32,303 bases of DNA, from assembly GCF_001194135.2 (NCBI RefSeq), contig NC_068987.1, positions 14,581,263 through 14,613,565 on the forward strand. The letters run 5' to 3'. The DNA comes from Octopus bimaculoides. Its lineage: Eukaryota. The notes under the pieces were generated by a model. The model made no database searches. It was not told the DNA's origin and saw only the letters and a list, made by a program, of their open reading frames with translations. The position numbers were made by a program, and so were the translations under genes. Positions 1 to 12,282 of this stretch are shown piece after piece (the first letter of the stretch is position 1; each line of letters begins with the position of its first letter).

Positions 1-48
<48 letters not shown>

Positions 49-78
49 CAGCAACAACGACAACAACAACAACAGCAA
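1..78. repeat. (CA)n followed by (CAA/CAG)n microsatellite
   Basis: Directly visible tandem repeat. Confidence 0.97.
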
Positions 79-527
79 CATTCCGTCATAGTTTACTTTG
101 CTTTTCATCACTCTAAGAGTTGATAAATAAATAGCCGAGGTCGATTAAATGTACAACATAACTTGTCCTAAAAATAAACGTGGCCTTCTCACATGCCAAC
201 AGAAATCAATATATGTTATATGTATTGACATATAGAATTGGCCATGTTTGTTGTATTGGTGGCGAATGGCAACAGCTACAGAGCATTTGCTGGTATTTGG
301 TGGCAGTGATGGCAGTAGTGGTGGTGGGTGCTAATATCTATAGACCATCTTGTGGTATTTACTCTATGTCTACATAACTCTTCAGCTGCCGTCTACATTA
401 AGCAGCTTAGCTGTCGTCTCGTTGACACTTGTAGTAATAATAAAAGAGAAACTTGCTGTTTGTTTCAACGATTTCCAATTGCAATTAGGTGGCTAGGTTG
501 ATGAGTGGTTAGAGCGAAATTGCAATT

Positions 528-615
528 AGGAGAGTACGTGGTTCAGTGGTTAGAGCGTTATTTGTTCCGGCTCATTGCGCACTAAGTTTAAATCGTGCCG
601 AAAGCATCTTTCTTT
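528..615 (+). mobile_element. Degenerate tRNA-derived SINE head (family B-like)
   Basis: A-box-like GTGGTTCAGTGGTTAGAGCG, then AGTTTAAATC..GCCGA and TTTCTTTTTTCAT resembling the family B B-box and body; heavily diverged. Confidence 0.35.
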
Positions 616-619
616 TTTC

Positions 620-982
620 ATTTTATCTTTCATTATTTCAGTCATTGGACTGCAGCCATGTTGGGGCACAGTTCTGAAAGGTTTGGTCAAACAGATCGAA
701 CCCAGTATCTTATTAAAATCTCGTTCTTATTCTATTGGTCACGTTTACTGAACTGTTAAGTTAGGGCGTCTAAAGTAAACCATCACCGATTGTCGAGCGG
801 TGGAACACACACACACACACACACACACACGCACTTATACATACATATACGAAGAGCTCCTTTGCAGTTACCGTTTACTAAATTCAATCAGAAGGTATTG
901 ATTGGTCCGAGGCCATAGTAGTAGCCACTTGCTCAAGCTGCTGTGCTGTGTAGTTGAACCAGAATCTACGTGGTTGCAAACT
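620..982 (-). mobile_element. Old copy of tRNA-derived SINE family A
   Basis: Colinear with the 3424-3829 copy (TTTCAGTCATTGGACTGCAGCCATG..GGGGCAC; central CA microsatellite; CCGAGGCCATAGTAG..CACTTGCTCAAG). Confidence 0.75.
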
Positions 983-1175
983 TGCGCCTATTTAACTTTT
1001 TCGAGGCTGATGAAATAAATACCAGTTTAAGGCGTCGATTGGCCAATAGTTACAGCAAAGAAAAGATGCGTTGGGGTACTTGTTTCAGCCGTTTACAATG
1101 TTATGGATTGTTTCAAGAAGTAAAAAGTGTGAAACTAGTCACACTCAGTTAGAAATCAAAATAACTTTACGTCTT

Positions 1176-1900
1176 AAAAATTCGTTATGTGCAAGAGAAA
1201 CAGTATTAGATTAAAGCAGCTATCTCTGTGTCATACTTAATGTAAATGAATCACAGAAAGACAAATTACCTGTGGTATTCTTCTGGAGGTAATATCTCTT
1301 GTGGACGTACTGTGTTAAATGATACACAACTATATCAGTAACAGACAAAAATTTTCCAGTAACGGCTTGTGGGTTACGTCAGCAGTATGTACCTGCTGGC
1401 AACCGTATGCCAACAGAAAATCTATGGCCACTGATACAAGAAACAGTGATTGAAAAATCACTGATGTTGTAATTAGCCGGCTGGCTGAACAAAAATTCAT
1501 GATGTGCAGCAGAAGTAGTATTAGTTTAAAGTAGCAATCTACATATCATACTTAATGCAAATTAATCACGGAAAAACAAATTAAATGCGGTAATCGTCTG
1601 GAGATTATACCTCCTATGGATGTACTGTGTTATTAACGAAAATATACCAGCTGCAGACGAAAATCGCCTAGCAGCGGTGGCGAGAATGCTAGAAGCAGGT
1701 TTTTACGTTTTAAGGCTTCGTAAGCAGCATGTATCCACAGGTAACCTCATGCCAAGACAAAATCCGTCACCACTGGTATAAGAAAACTAACGAAATTTTA
1801 CCCAGCCGACCGGCTAATTGCAACAACAGTTATTTTTCAATCTCTGTTTGCCTACGTCAGTGGCGACGGATTTTGTCTCAGCTCAAGGTGATGATATACA
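1176..1900. repeat. Diverged ~315-bp direct duplication plus inverted partial third copy
   Basis: 1176-1490 aligns to 1491-~1790. 1803-1849 is the reverse complement of 1441-1487 (41/47). 1858-1878 is the reverse complement of 1755-1775 (20/21). Confidence 0.85.
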
Positions 1901-1954
1901 CTGTAAGAGTTCTTAAGTAAGTGTCAATGAGGGAGCCTATACCCGGTTGCGTGA

Positions 1955-2090
1955 CTTACTAGAAGTAGCAGCAAAATCTCTCACGAATCACACCATATCA
2001 TTAAATAAGAATGGAAAGCTAAGTCCGAATAAAACACGAGATCGCATGGCTGAGATGGTCTTGATTACAGAGTTGGCCTGGGGGATAAAA
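1955..2090 (+). repeat. Unclassified interspersed repeat (TAGAAATAGCAGCCAAATC-type)
   Basis: Related motifs at ~5625-5665 (-), 22885-23030 (+), 28766-28900 (+), 31888-31922 (-). Confidence 0.55.
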
Positions 2091-3110
2091 AACACCACCA
2101 CCACAAACACCACCACCACCAACAACAACAACAAGAAATAGCAAGAAATTAAAGGGGAAACAAAAAATAATCCAAAATAATACAAAACAAGCACAAATAT
2201 TTAACAAAAGTTTTTGTTGCTTAGGAACAGGAGAATAATAATTGAAAAATCAGAAAAAAAGCAAACAAATTAGAAGACAGACACGATTAATTAAGGTGAG
2301 AGCAAACACTGAAATATGGTCATCTTGGAATACAATTATTCTTTGTGTAACATACATAGAAACTAAAGCATACGGTTACAAAATACGTGCAGATTATACT
2401 GAGAGCTGGCGTTAAGGCTTTCAACGCTCGGGGCCAGCCATATGCTATGTTCCCACTTCTTCAATCCTTTGTCTACAACTTCCTTCAGTCACCTTACTCT
2501 TCACATCAGCAGGGACATGCAATCGGAAAATTATTATTAATTTGCGAGAAAGAAAAATGAAAAAGAAAAGAAAAGAAAAGAAAATGTAAACCCCGCAGCA
2601 ATCTATAGTTTAATGTCCAAATGTGTCTTACATGAAACCTATCCATGGTGCAGAAAACGTTTGGGGTACCGCTACCCTAAGCAATCGTCTAATTTTCCTT
2701 GTGCGTAGAGTCGACCCTGATTACTTACACATCCAGCCACGCTATTATACGTATGGCAGAAGTAGATCAAACGATAGGAAAACTGCAGCAGAATTTGTAC
2801 AAACAATTTCTTAAATAATTGAAGCAGATTTAAATTCTTTACAACAAATATTTAATGAACCCGTCTATCCAGGAAGAAAATGGCAAAGGGAACTTTTATA
2901 CCAAGAACAGAAGAAATAATGAGCTGATTCATGGCACTTAACGGTTGAACTTTAATAGTGTTATGCTCCAGTGAATTAAGGATTGTTTGAGGAAGCTGTT
3001 ATCAATTAATGGGGTCCGTAATCCGTGTGCAATGAGCGGACTGAATAAAAATATTCTCTCAGTTCATTGACATGCGAATAAAAAGAACGAAAGAAGGAAT
3101 TACCGCTTGT

Positions 3111-3350
3111 GGAGGAGCGTGGCTTAGTGGTCAAAGCTGTTCGACTCGTCAATAGTAAAATTGTTGTTTCGATTCCTGGACCAGGCGATGCGTTAGGTTC
3201 TTGAGTAAAACACTTTATTAAACGTTACTCTAGCCCACTCAGAAAATGTGAGTCATGTAATGAAGTCGCAACGAAAATTGAGTAATGTAATGAAGTCGCA
3301 ACAGACCTGGCAACCCAGTGATCCAGTGATGGATGGTACATCTGCCTGAA
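3111..3350 (+). mobile_element. tRNA-derived SINE family C, 5' part
   Basis: A-box GTGGCTTAGTGG, B-box-like GTTTCGATTCC, then TTCTTGAGTAAAACACTTTA..CCACTCAG; internal 23-bp duplication at 3250-3272/3280-3302. Confidence 0.7.
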
Positions 3351-3423
3351 AAATAAACAGACGACAACTTCTGCACTGATGGATAATAGGCTTACCCTCG
3401 TGTTACATATTATCATTATTTTA

Positions 3424-3829
3424 TTTACTCTTTCACTTGTTTCAGTCGTTTGACTGTGGTCATGCTGGAGCACCGCCTTTAGTCGAGCAAATCGACCCCA
3501 GGACTTATTCTTTGGAAGCCTAGTACTTATTCTATCGTACTCTTTTGCCGAACCGCTAAGTTACGGGGACGTAAACACACCAGCATCGGTTGTCAAGCGA
3601 TGTTGGGGGTACAAACACAGACGCACAAACATATACGCACACATACATATATATATACATATATACGACGGGCTTCTTTCGGTTTCCATCTACCAGATCC
3701 ACTCACAAGGCTTTGGTCGGCCCGAGGCTATAGTAGAAAATACTTGCTCAAGGTGCCACGCAGTGGGACTGAACCTGGAACCATGTGGTTGGTAAGCAAG
3801 CTACTTACCACACAGCCACTCCTGCACCT
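3424..3829 (-). mobile_element. Near full-length tRNA-derived SINE family A (octopus OK/OR-type; CORE-like CCTTG(A/G)GCAAGT motif)
   Basis: On the minus strand: A-box GTGGCTGTGTGGTAAG, B-box GGTTCAGTCCC (plus 3765-3775), GCACCTTGAGCAAGT, central TA/CA microsatellite, and a 3' tail ending in AAAGAGTAAA. Multiple homologues occur in the window. Which published family (OK, OR1, OR2) it is was not determined. Confidence 0.9.
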
Positions 3830-4489
3830 ATTTACTTATTTATTTTTAGAAATTACTGCAATATTCGAAAACTGGTTTAATCCAAAGTGGTTTTATCAAA
3901 GCTTTGTTCCTGAAGTTGGTGCGATAAAAATAGTGACACTAAATGATAAATGTTTAAGTGAAGTTAACAGTCTTCGCGTGTTTTTAAATGTTTAATATGT
4001 GTCTTTCACGCTATAATTGTTTTAGTTTACACACAGTCTCAGCTCCCATAATTTGCTAGACAAATATATCTCCAAAAATAATATCGATATTTTGAATTTT
4101 ATTACTAATTGATAACGTTCCATCGTATCCCTGTGATTTAGAACACCTTAACGTTAAAGTTCTGTCCTTGCCATCACATAAAACTATATCACCTAGCCAA
4201 CCATTAGATCAAGGAACAATTTGTAATTTTAAAACAAATTATGTTAAACATTCGTATGAAAATTACTCGATGATATGGAGGAGAGCCAGCTTACTATTTT
4301 AGTGTTATGGGGAAAATATTGAATGTTCTTCATTGTGTGAAGATAATAGCAATAGCTAATCATGAAATTAAGAAAGCTGCATCAATGGATGCTGGAAAGT
4401 CATTTTGTCTGGATCATTTTGGAATGGTAATGATGCCGAAGCAAGAAAACCTCTAAACAGATACAAAATTAATTGTTGAAGAAACTGAA

Positions 4490-5145
4490 GTGCAGCAGTG
4501 ACTGCGTGGTTAAGAAGTTCGTTACGCAACCAGGCGGTTTCGAGTTTAATATACTAATATGCCGTACTTTTGGGCAAATATCTTGTACTATAGTACCTGT
4601 CAACCAATGGCTTCTGAGGGAATTTGGTCAATGGAAACTGTGTGGAAACCCGTCATGTATATGTGTGTGTGTGTATAAATGAAAAATGCATTAGATATTA
4701 CAAAACATACACGTAGGACAGACACAGAAGGACCGTAATTCTTCATCAGTTATCGACCGAAAAATACTAATACTCTGTTTCTTGCCTTTAACGATAAGAC
4801 TGAAAACTTCGTATATCAGCAGCACCAGGTATATGTATGTATATATGTATATATGTATGTATGCATGCATGTATGCATGTATGTATGTATGTATGTATGT
4901 ATGTAAGAATGTATATATGTATATAAGTTTGTGTGCGCGTGTTTTTGTGTTTGTCACCCCATCGCTTGACAACCGGTGTTGGTTTGTTTAGGTCCCCGGG
5001 ACTTATGGGTTCAGCAAGCCATATCGATAGAATAAATACCAGACTTACAAAAGATAAGTGCTGGGATCAATTTGGTCAACTGAACCCTTCAATGTTGTGT
5101 CCCAGCGTGGCCATATCCTGTGAATGATACAAATAAAAGAATAAG
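4490..5145 (+). mobile_element. Old SINE family A copy interrupted by a ~150-bp insertion in its central microsatellite
   Basis: Head 4490-4665 (GTGACTGCGTGGTTAAG, GGTTTCGAGTTT, TTGGGCAAATATCTT); 3' half 4925-5145 (CATCGCTTGACAACCGGTGTTGG..CCCAGCGTGGCC); foreign sequence at ~4680-4830. Confidence 0.75.
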
Positions 5146-5691
5146 CAAAAGAAGGGAAAAAAAACCTATTGTTTTTGAAACAGGAGTTAAGTGAAGAAGA
5201 TTTAATTGACATTATTCCAACGAATAATTCATGAACTATTTTCAATGATTACTGCAAAAATATATAGATAAGATGAATTACAAATTGAAGGAAATCTGCA
5301 ATCTCATTTCATGTTGAGTGATTCTAATATGTAACGCAGTTGGATAATTTAAAGTGAGATCTTTACATTGATATGAAAAGAAACAGAGCCTAAAATTACA
5401 GATTTCACGAGAAGGATAGCGATAAAAAGACAGAGAAAGAAAAGAAGCAGGGAATAGTAGAGATGGTGATGATAATTTTCGACTGATGGAAAAACAAAAA
5501 AAAAGAGGATTGTTTTAATATATTTAAGTGAATATATTTAAGTCGTCGGAGACCATCTTATTGGGAAAATTTAAGCAATAACATCATATTTCTTTGTCTG
5601 GCTCCTTTCTTTACTCAACATGGTAGAGCATGATTTATGAGAGAATTGGCTGTTATATTAAGCAGGTGGAGTGACCAGGGCGAGGCTTCAT

Positions 5692-5818
5692 TACTGCGTG
5701 GCACCTTGGGCAAGTGTCTTATACTATAGCCTAGGGCCGACCAAAGCCTTGTGAGTGGATTTGGTAGACAGAAACTGAAAGAAGCCCATCGCACCCATCG
5801 CGCACGCACACACACACA

Positions 5819-5871
<53 letters not shown>

Positions 5872-5926
5872 ATACATATGTGTGTGTGTGTGTNNNNNNN
5901 NNNCACACACACACACACAGAGATAC

Positions 5927-5990
<64 letters not shown>

Positions 5991-6200
5991 TGTGTTTGCT
6001 TTCACCGCCTGACAACCGGTGTTAGTGTGTTTCTCCGTAATCTGGCGGGTCGGCAATAGAGACCGATAGTATAGGTACAAGCTTACAAAAGAAACAAAAC
6101 AAAACAAAAAATAAATGTACTGGGGTCGATTCATTCGACTAGAACATCTTCAAGGCGATGCCCCAGCATGGCCGCAGTCTGAAACACATAAAAGATAAAA
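5692..6200 (+). mobile_element. SINE family A, 5'-truncated, expanded CA/TG centre spanning a 10-N gap
   Basis: ACTGCGTGGCACCTTGGGCAAGTGTCTT..CCAAAGCCTTGTGAGTGGATTTGGTAGACAGAAACTGAAAGAAGCCC; 3' half TACTGGGGTCGATTCATTCGAC..CCCCAGCATGGCCGCAGTC. Confidence 0.88.
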
Positions 6201-6723
6201 TATGAAAGACGTATGTATATCTATGCACACATGTGAGTGCGTGTTACTTAGGTTAAAAAAAGACCTCGTTCGAAACGTTTTGGGTGGTAGTTAGAGGTAG
6301 TGATTTGACTTGCTACTTTTCCCTGGTACTGTAATTGATAAAATTGTGGTCGTCATCACCGCCCTTGTTGTTGTTGCTGTTGTTAATACTACTTCTGGAG
6401 ATGATTTTTACCGTTACTGCTCCTGGTAATAATGGCACCGCCATTAATGTTACAAAATTTTTGTTGTCCTTTTTTTTTTTATTACCTGATGAGAGAAAAT
6501 CATGTACAAAACTTCTACATAATTCTCGATAAAATTCTATAGACGGACATTATCAAAACTGTAGATTATACTTTGTAGAAAAACTGGTTTGGTTCGCAGA
6601 CTTTCATATCGCACGATGTTTCAATTTTTCAGAAAAAAATCCCTCTAAAGAAAACATAACGTATCTTTACAAACACTTACATTGTATTTCTGACCTTTCA
6701 CTATCTTTACATTCTTCGTGGGT

Positions 6724-6727
6724 TATA

Positions 6728-6782
<55 letters not shown>

Positions 6783-7158
6783 TTTTACATAAGCATATAC
6801 ATATAAATGTATATGTACATATATATATATATATTTATATGCGTGTGTCTGTATGTGTGTGTATTTGCATGTATACATGCATGTATGTATGTATGCATGG
6901 GTATATACATGCATATATATATATAAAGAGAAGAAAACTTAGCTTCGACTAAATGATTTCAAATTGAAAATATGAAAAAAAAAACACTTGCATAATGTAA
7001 ATGATCAACCATACTGCTATAAACGTACGAGGGAGAACGCCTCTATCATATACATACATACATACATACATACATACATACATACACACATATATATATA
7101 TTAGTAAATATATATTCATATCAATAAATATATACTGATATGAATATATATATTTACT

Positions 7159-7204
<46 letters not shown>

Positions 7205-7295
7205 NNNNNNNNNNNNNNNNNNNNNNNNNNNNNNNNNNNNNNNNNNNNNNNNNNNNNNNNNNNNNNNNNNNNNNNNNNNNNNNNNNNNNNNNNNN

Positions 7296-7360
<65 letters not shown>

Positions 7361-7500
7361 TACATACATATACACATACATGATCCGCACATCCACATAG
7401 AAACTTACATAAACATATACTTGCTTGTGCGTGCAAATGTATGTATGTATTTATATATGTATGTGCGTATGTATGTGTCTGTGTTTGTGTATGCATATAC
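6724..7500. repeat. Compound (TA)n/(TATG)n/(GA)n microsatellite field with N-gap
   Basis: Directly visible. Confidence 0.92.
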
Positions 7501-7764
7501 TTAATTTCTGTAAATATAAAACGTCAGAAAAGCAAGAGCAAAAAAAAGAAAAAAAAAAGAAAAAAGAAAAAAAATCATTTCAGAGAATTCATAGAGCAAT
7601 GGAAACATGCCAAGTGTAAAGATAAAGATTTCGACCTATATCCATAAACACTGAATTCATTCGAAAGAACAAAATCCAAGCTGAAGCGAGCAAATAGTTT
7701 TCTTGAATCGTTTCTGCATCTATCTGCATATATAAGATAGGACTTGAATTCAGACCGAGAGAGG

Positions 7765-7940
7765 GAACGAGAGAGAGAGAGAGAAAGAGAGAAAGAGAAA
7801 GAGAGAGAGAGAGAAAGAGAAAGAGAGAGAAAGAGAGAGAGAGAGAGGCTTGTTCCAATCAGCCTTCTATCAGGAAGAAAAAAAAATGCTAAATACTAGA
7901 GTAAGACTAAATTCATTATGGGATTCGATAGGCTTGTGGG

Positions 7941-8021
<81 letters not shown>

Positions 8022-8350
8022 CACATATGTACATGAATATATGCATTTATATACACACGCATATATATGCATATACACGCGTAGATATAAGCATATATTT
8101 ATGTGTATATATATGTATATATATATATATATATATGTGTATGTGTGTATTAAAACACACAGGCACACACATACATATACACGCACATATGTACATGAAT
8201 ATATGCATTTATATACACACGCATATATATGCATACATAGGCGTAGATATAAGCATATATTTATGTGTATATATGTATATATATATGTGTGTGTGTGTGT
8301 ATATTAACACACACACACGTATATGTGTGAGTGTAGTTATATGTGTGTAT
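7765..8350. repeat. (GA)n, (CA)n and a ~162-bp-period duplication of cryptic TA/CA sequence
   Basis: TACACGCACATATGTACATGAATATATGCATTTATATACACACGC starts at both 8016 and 8178. Confidence 0.9.
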
Positions 8351-8603
8351 AAATGTATGTGTATATGGAAATATATATTATCCATAAAACAACCAAAAAT
8401 ATTAATTGGTTGAGGAGGAAAAAAGCACTTTAAGACTGTTACTGCATACACAGATTGCAGATTTGATTTTTGTTTATATCTAATACAGAAGAACAATAGA
8501 AAGTTTTTAAAAAAATACATGCATACTCACTGAAGGAACACACACATAGGCACCAACCTCCGCGCACAAACATAGGTGCATAAAAACATACAACCTACAA
8601 ACA

Positions 8604-8645
<42 letters not shown>

Positions 8646-9487
8646 NNNNNNNNNNNNNNNNNNNNNNNNNNNNNNNNNNNNNNNNNNNNNNNNNNNNNNN
8701 NNNNNNNNNNNNNNNNNNNNNNNNNNNNNNNNNNNNNNNNNNNNNNNNNNNNNNNNNNNNNNNNNNNNNNNNNNNNNNNNNNNNNNNNNNNNNNNNNNNN
8801 NNNNNNNNNNNNNNNNNNNNNNNNNNNNNNNNNNNNNNNNNNNNNNNNNNNNNNNNNNNNNNNNNNNNNNNNNNNNNNNNNNNNNNNNNNNNNNNNNNNN
8901 NNNNNNNNNNNNNNNNNNNNNNNNNNNNNNNNNNNNNNNNNNNNNNNNNNNNNNNNNNNNNNNNNNNNNNNNNNNNNNNNNNNNNNNNNNNNNNNNNNNN
9001 NNNNNNNNNNNNNNNNNNNNNNNNNNNNNNNNNNNNNNNNNNNNNNNNNNNNNNNNNNNNNNNNNNNNNNNNNNNNNNNNNNNNNNNNNNNNNNNNNNNN
9101 NNNNNNNNNNNNNNNNNNNNNNNNNNNNNNNNNNNNNNNNNNNNNNNNNNNNNNNNNNNNNNNNNNNNNNNNNNNNNNNNNNNNNNNNNNNNNNNNNNNN
9201 NNNNNNNNNNNNNNNNNNNNNNNNNNNNNNNNNNNNNNNNNNNNNNNNNNNNNNNNNNNNNNNNNNNNNNNNNNNNNNNNNNNNNNNNNNNNNNNNNNNN
9301 NNNNNNNNNNNNNNNNNNNNNNNNNNNNNNNNNNNNNNNNNNNNNNNNNNNNNNNNNNNNNNNNNNNNNNNNNNNATATGCTGCCGATTAGAAATGCGCT
9401 TGCGCGGAGGATTTGAAAAATTATAATATATAAGGATGAGACACGTGTTATTTGGTCTCTAATTTAAATGTTAATGTTTTGGCGTAT

Positions 9488-9555
9488 CCTCTGATGAGAA
9501 CTTCGCCTTGCAAATTATTTTATTTGCTAATTAAAGTTCGAAACCTAAGGTCCGG
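9488..9555 (+). ncRNA. Putative type I hammerhead ribozyme (minimal, Penelope/retrozyme-like), weak stem I
   Basis: CTGATGA 9491-9497; stem II GAACTT 9498-9503 / AAGTTC 9534-9539; GAAA 9540-9543; stem III ACC-TAA-GGT; GUC triplet ending at C9552; stem I only CC/GG with a T-C mismatch at the first pair. Confidence 0.6.
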
Positions 9556-10129
9556 CTTCGAAATTGCTCTGAACTGTGGTTTGGATTTTTTGACTTAGAT
9601 TAAAGATTTAGAATACAAATTCTGTTGTGATTTTCATAGTTCAATCTTACTTCATGATAAAACGGTCAGTTAATCTCATCCAAATTAATTACGTAATTTT
9701 ATATTTAATTACGTAATAATATGGGTGATAATGTTTGTATTCTAAAAGAGGAACCACTCTAACGCTTAGTCTGAAATTGTGAAATATCTGTGAAATTGTT
9801 GCATTTCATTATAAAAACACACATACACGCACACACGCGTATGCATACATCTGTTAAACACTCATATATGTTAAAAGAATCAATATAGAAGAGTCAAAAG
9901 TTTGAGATGTGTGTACCTTAGTGTCAGCTGAACAATTTAACCATTTCACAATTTCGGTTTCTTCATATGCTATACACAAACAAATAAAATTGTTTGTAGA
10001 CATATTCAGTCAAAAATAAATTAAGAAAAACCTCCTATACGTATGTATGATATTCTCAGATATTGGTCGTGAATAGTCATAAATATGTGTGTATATTATA
10101 TACAAAAGCATAAATATTATATTTCTGTG

Positions 10130-11214
10130 TGTATAGATACAATGTTCATTTATATGTATGTATGTATGTATATAAATGTATGTATATGTATATATATATA
10201 TGTATGTATATGTATGTATATATATATACATATATATGTATATATATAGACATATATATATATATATATACTTACATAATTATACGTATAAACATACAAA
10301 CACTATACATGTATATATTAATATATTTGATGCGTTTTATATATATCATATGGTACACACATATACACATGCATATAAACATACACAAACAGGCACACAC
10401 ATATATAGGTATGTATAGATATACATACACACATATATTCATGTAATTATGTATGAATGTATGTATGCATGTATGTGTGTGTGTGTGTGTGTGTGTATGT
10501 GTTTGTGTGCGTGTGTGTATGTGTGTATAGCCATCTCGGTTGAAACATTAAACTGAGTTGCAATCAAAGTTATCCAGTGATACCAATAGAAGTCAATTTA
10601 GATATACACCGTGGCTTTCCTTTTCAGCAGAATAGGCAAACTCATTGGAATAAACCTTGCCAATCATTTCTTAATTAACCAATTCATGTCCAGAAAAAAT
10701 CTATCTATAGCGTATTTAAATATGTATCTGACCTCTGGTCCAATAAAACTGCTTCTATTGTCCACTTATAAAGCTAGACGTCAAAAATCTATGTTGCTGA
10801 TATGATTTCACTTTTCCAATTTAGCATCTTTATGCGGTCGTAATATATATATATATATATATACATACATATATATATATGTGTGTGTGTGTGCGTGTGT
10901 GTGTGTGTGTGAATGGGTGTGTGTGTGTTGTGTGTGTTGTGTGTGTGTATATGAATGTACATATATATATGCAGATATATATGTGTATATATACGTGTGT
11001 GTTTGTATGTGTGCGTGTGTGAGTCTGTCTCGGTCTCTCTTTGTTTCCTAGTCACTCACCCCTCCTATGTCTTTTACACACGCACACACGCACACACACA
11101 CACACACACATACACACACAAACACACACACCCACAAACACACAAGTATACTACACACTGGCACAATTTAATAAATATACTGACACACTTCAACATTCTT
11201 CTTTCCCTCTCAAT

Positions 11215-11255
<41 letters not shown>

Positions 11256-11500
11256 GTAGTTAGATAGACAGATCGATATGAATATATTAATATCTATACA
11301 CATACACACACATGCACAGACAAACACACACACATGTACACACATAGGCGCACACACACACACACAAACATATGTTTGTGTGTCTAAATATACGTGTATG
11401 TATATATATATATATATATATTTATACTTACTCAAAGCAAATACATACACGTATATACACACAAGCATAAATATTGTCATACAATTTATATGTATTTGGC
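10130..11500. repeat. Extended cryptic TA/CA/TG microsatellite field
   Basis: Directly visible. Confidence 0.9.
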
Positions 11501-11723
11501 ACATTATACATAAATATAATCACACAATATCACACAAACACTCACATCTATGTAAGCACGCTCGCTTTTGTTGGGTTATTCGCATCTCTATGTGTGTCTG
11601 TAATTTCACATTTTATGTGTTAGAACATATGGTATTAGTTTGTTAGTGTAAAGAAAGTATCCAGTGAACCAATACACAATATTTCTCCTGGACCTCGTCG
11701 TCATAGTCTGTATGCATCTCACG

Positions 11724-11762
<39 letters not shown>

Positions 11763-12282
11763 NNNNNNNNNNNNNNNNNNNNNNNNNNNNNNNNNNNNNN
11801 NNNNNNNNNNNNNNNNNNNNNNNNNNNNNNNNNNNNNNNNNNNNNNNNNNNNNNNNNNNNNNNNNNNNNNNNNNNNNNNNNNNNNNNNNNNNNNNNNNNN
11901 NNNNNNNNNNNNNNNNNNNNNNNNNNNNNNNNNNNNNNNNNNNNNNNNNNNNNNNNNNNNNNNNNNNNNNNNNNNNNNNNNNNNNNNNNNNNNNNNNNNN
12001 NNNNNNNNNNNNNNNNNNNNNNNNNNNNNNNNNNNNNNNNNNNNNNNNNNNNNNNNNNNNNNNNNNNNNNNNNNNNNNNNNNNNNNNNNNNNNNNNNNNN
12101 NNNNNNNNNNNNNNNNNNNNNNNNNNNNNNNNNNNNNNNNNNNNNNNNNNNNNNNNNNNNNNNNNNNNNNNNNNNNNNNNNNNNNNNNNNNNNNNNNNNN
12201 NNNNNNNNNNNNNNNNNNNNNNNNNNNNNNNNNNNNNNNNNNNNNNNNNNNTATATATAGATACACACACGCGCATATACAT

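Noticed and set aside
1007-1030. CTGATGA at 1007 (also minus-strand cores at 15452-58 and 18275-81)
   Set aside because: No stem II plus GAAA in correct register.
180-2814. Short ORFs of 60-68 aa at the window start
   Set aside because: No recognisable domains; the lengths are expected by chance, and several overlap repeats.
3600-3995. 131-aa ORF
   Set aside because: It is the antisense reading of a family A SINE plus flank; a similar peptide recurs in another copy (5615-5914).
5860-5940. Duplicated CACAGAGATACATATGTGTG on both sides of a 10-N gap
   Set aside because: Most likely a contig-overlap assembly artefact.
6486-6535. CTGATGA with GAGAA/TTCTC stem
   Set aside because: Followed by GATA instead of GAAA, with no stem III or stem I; chance or too decayed.
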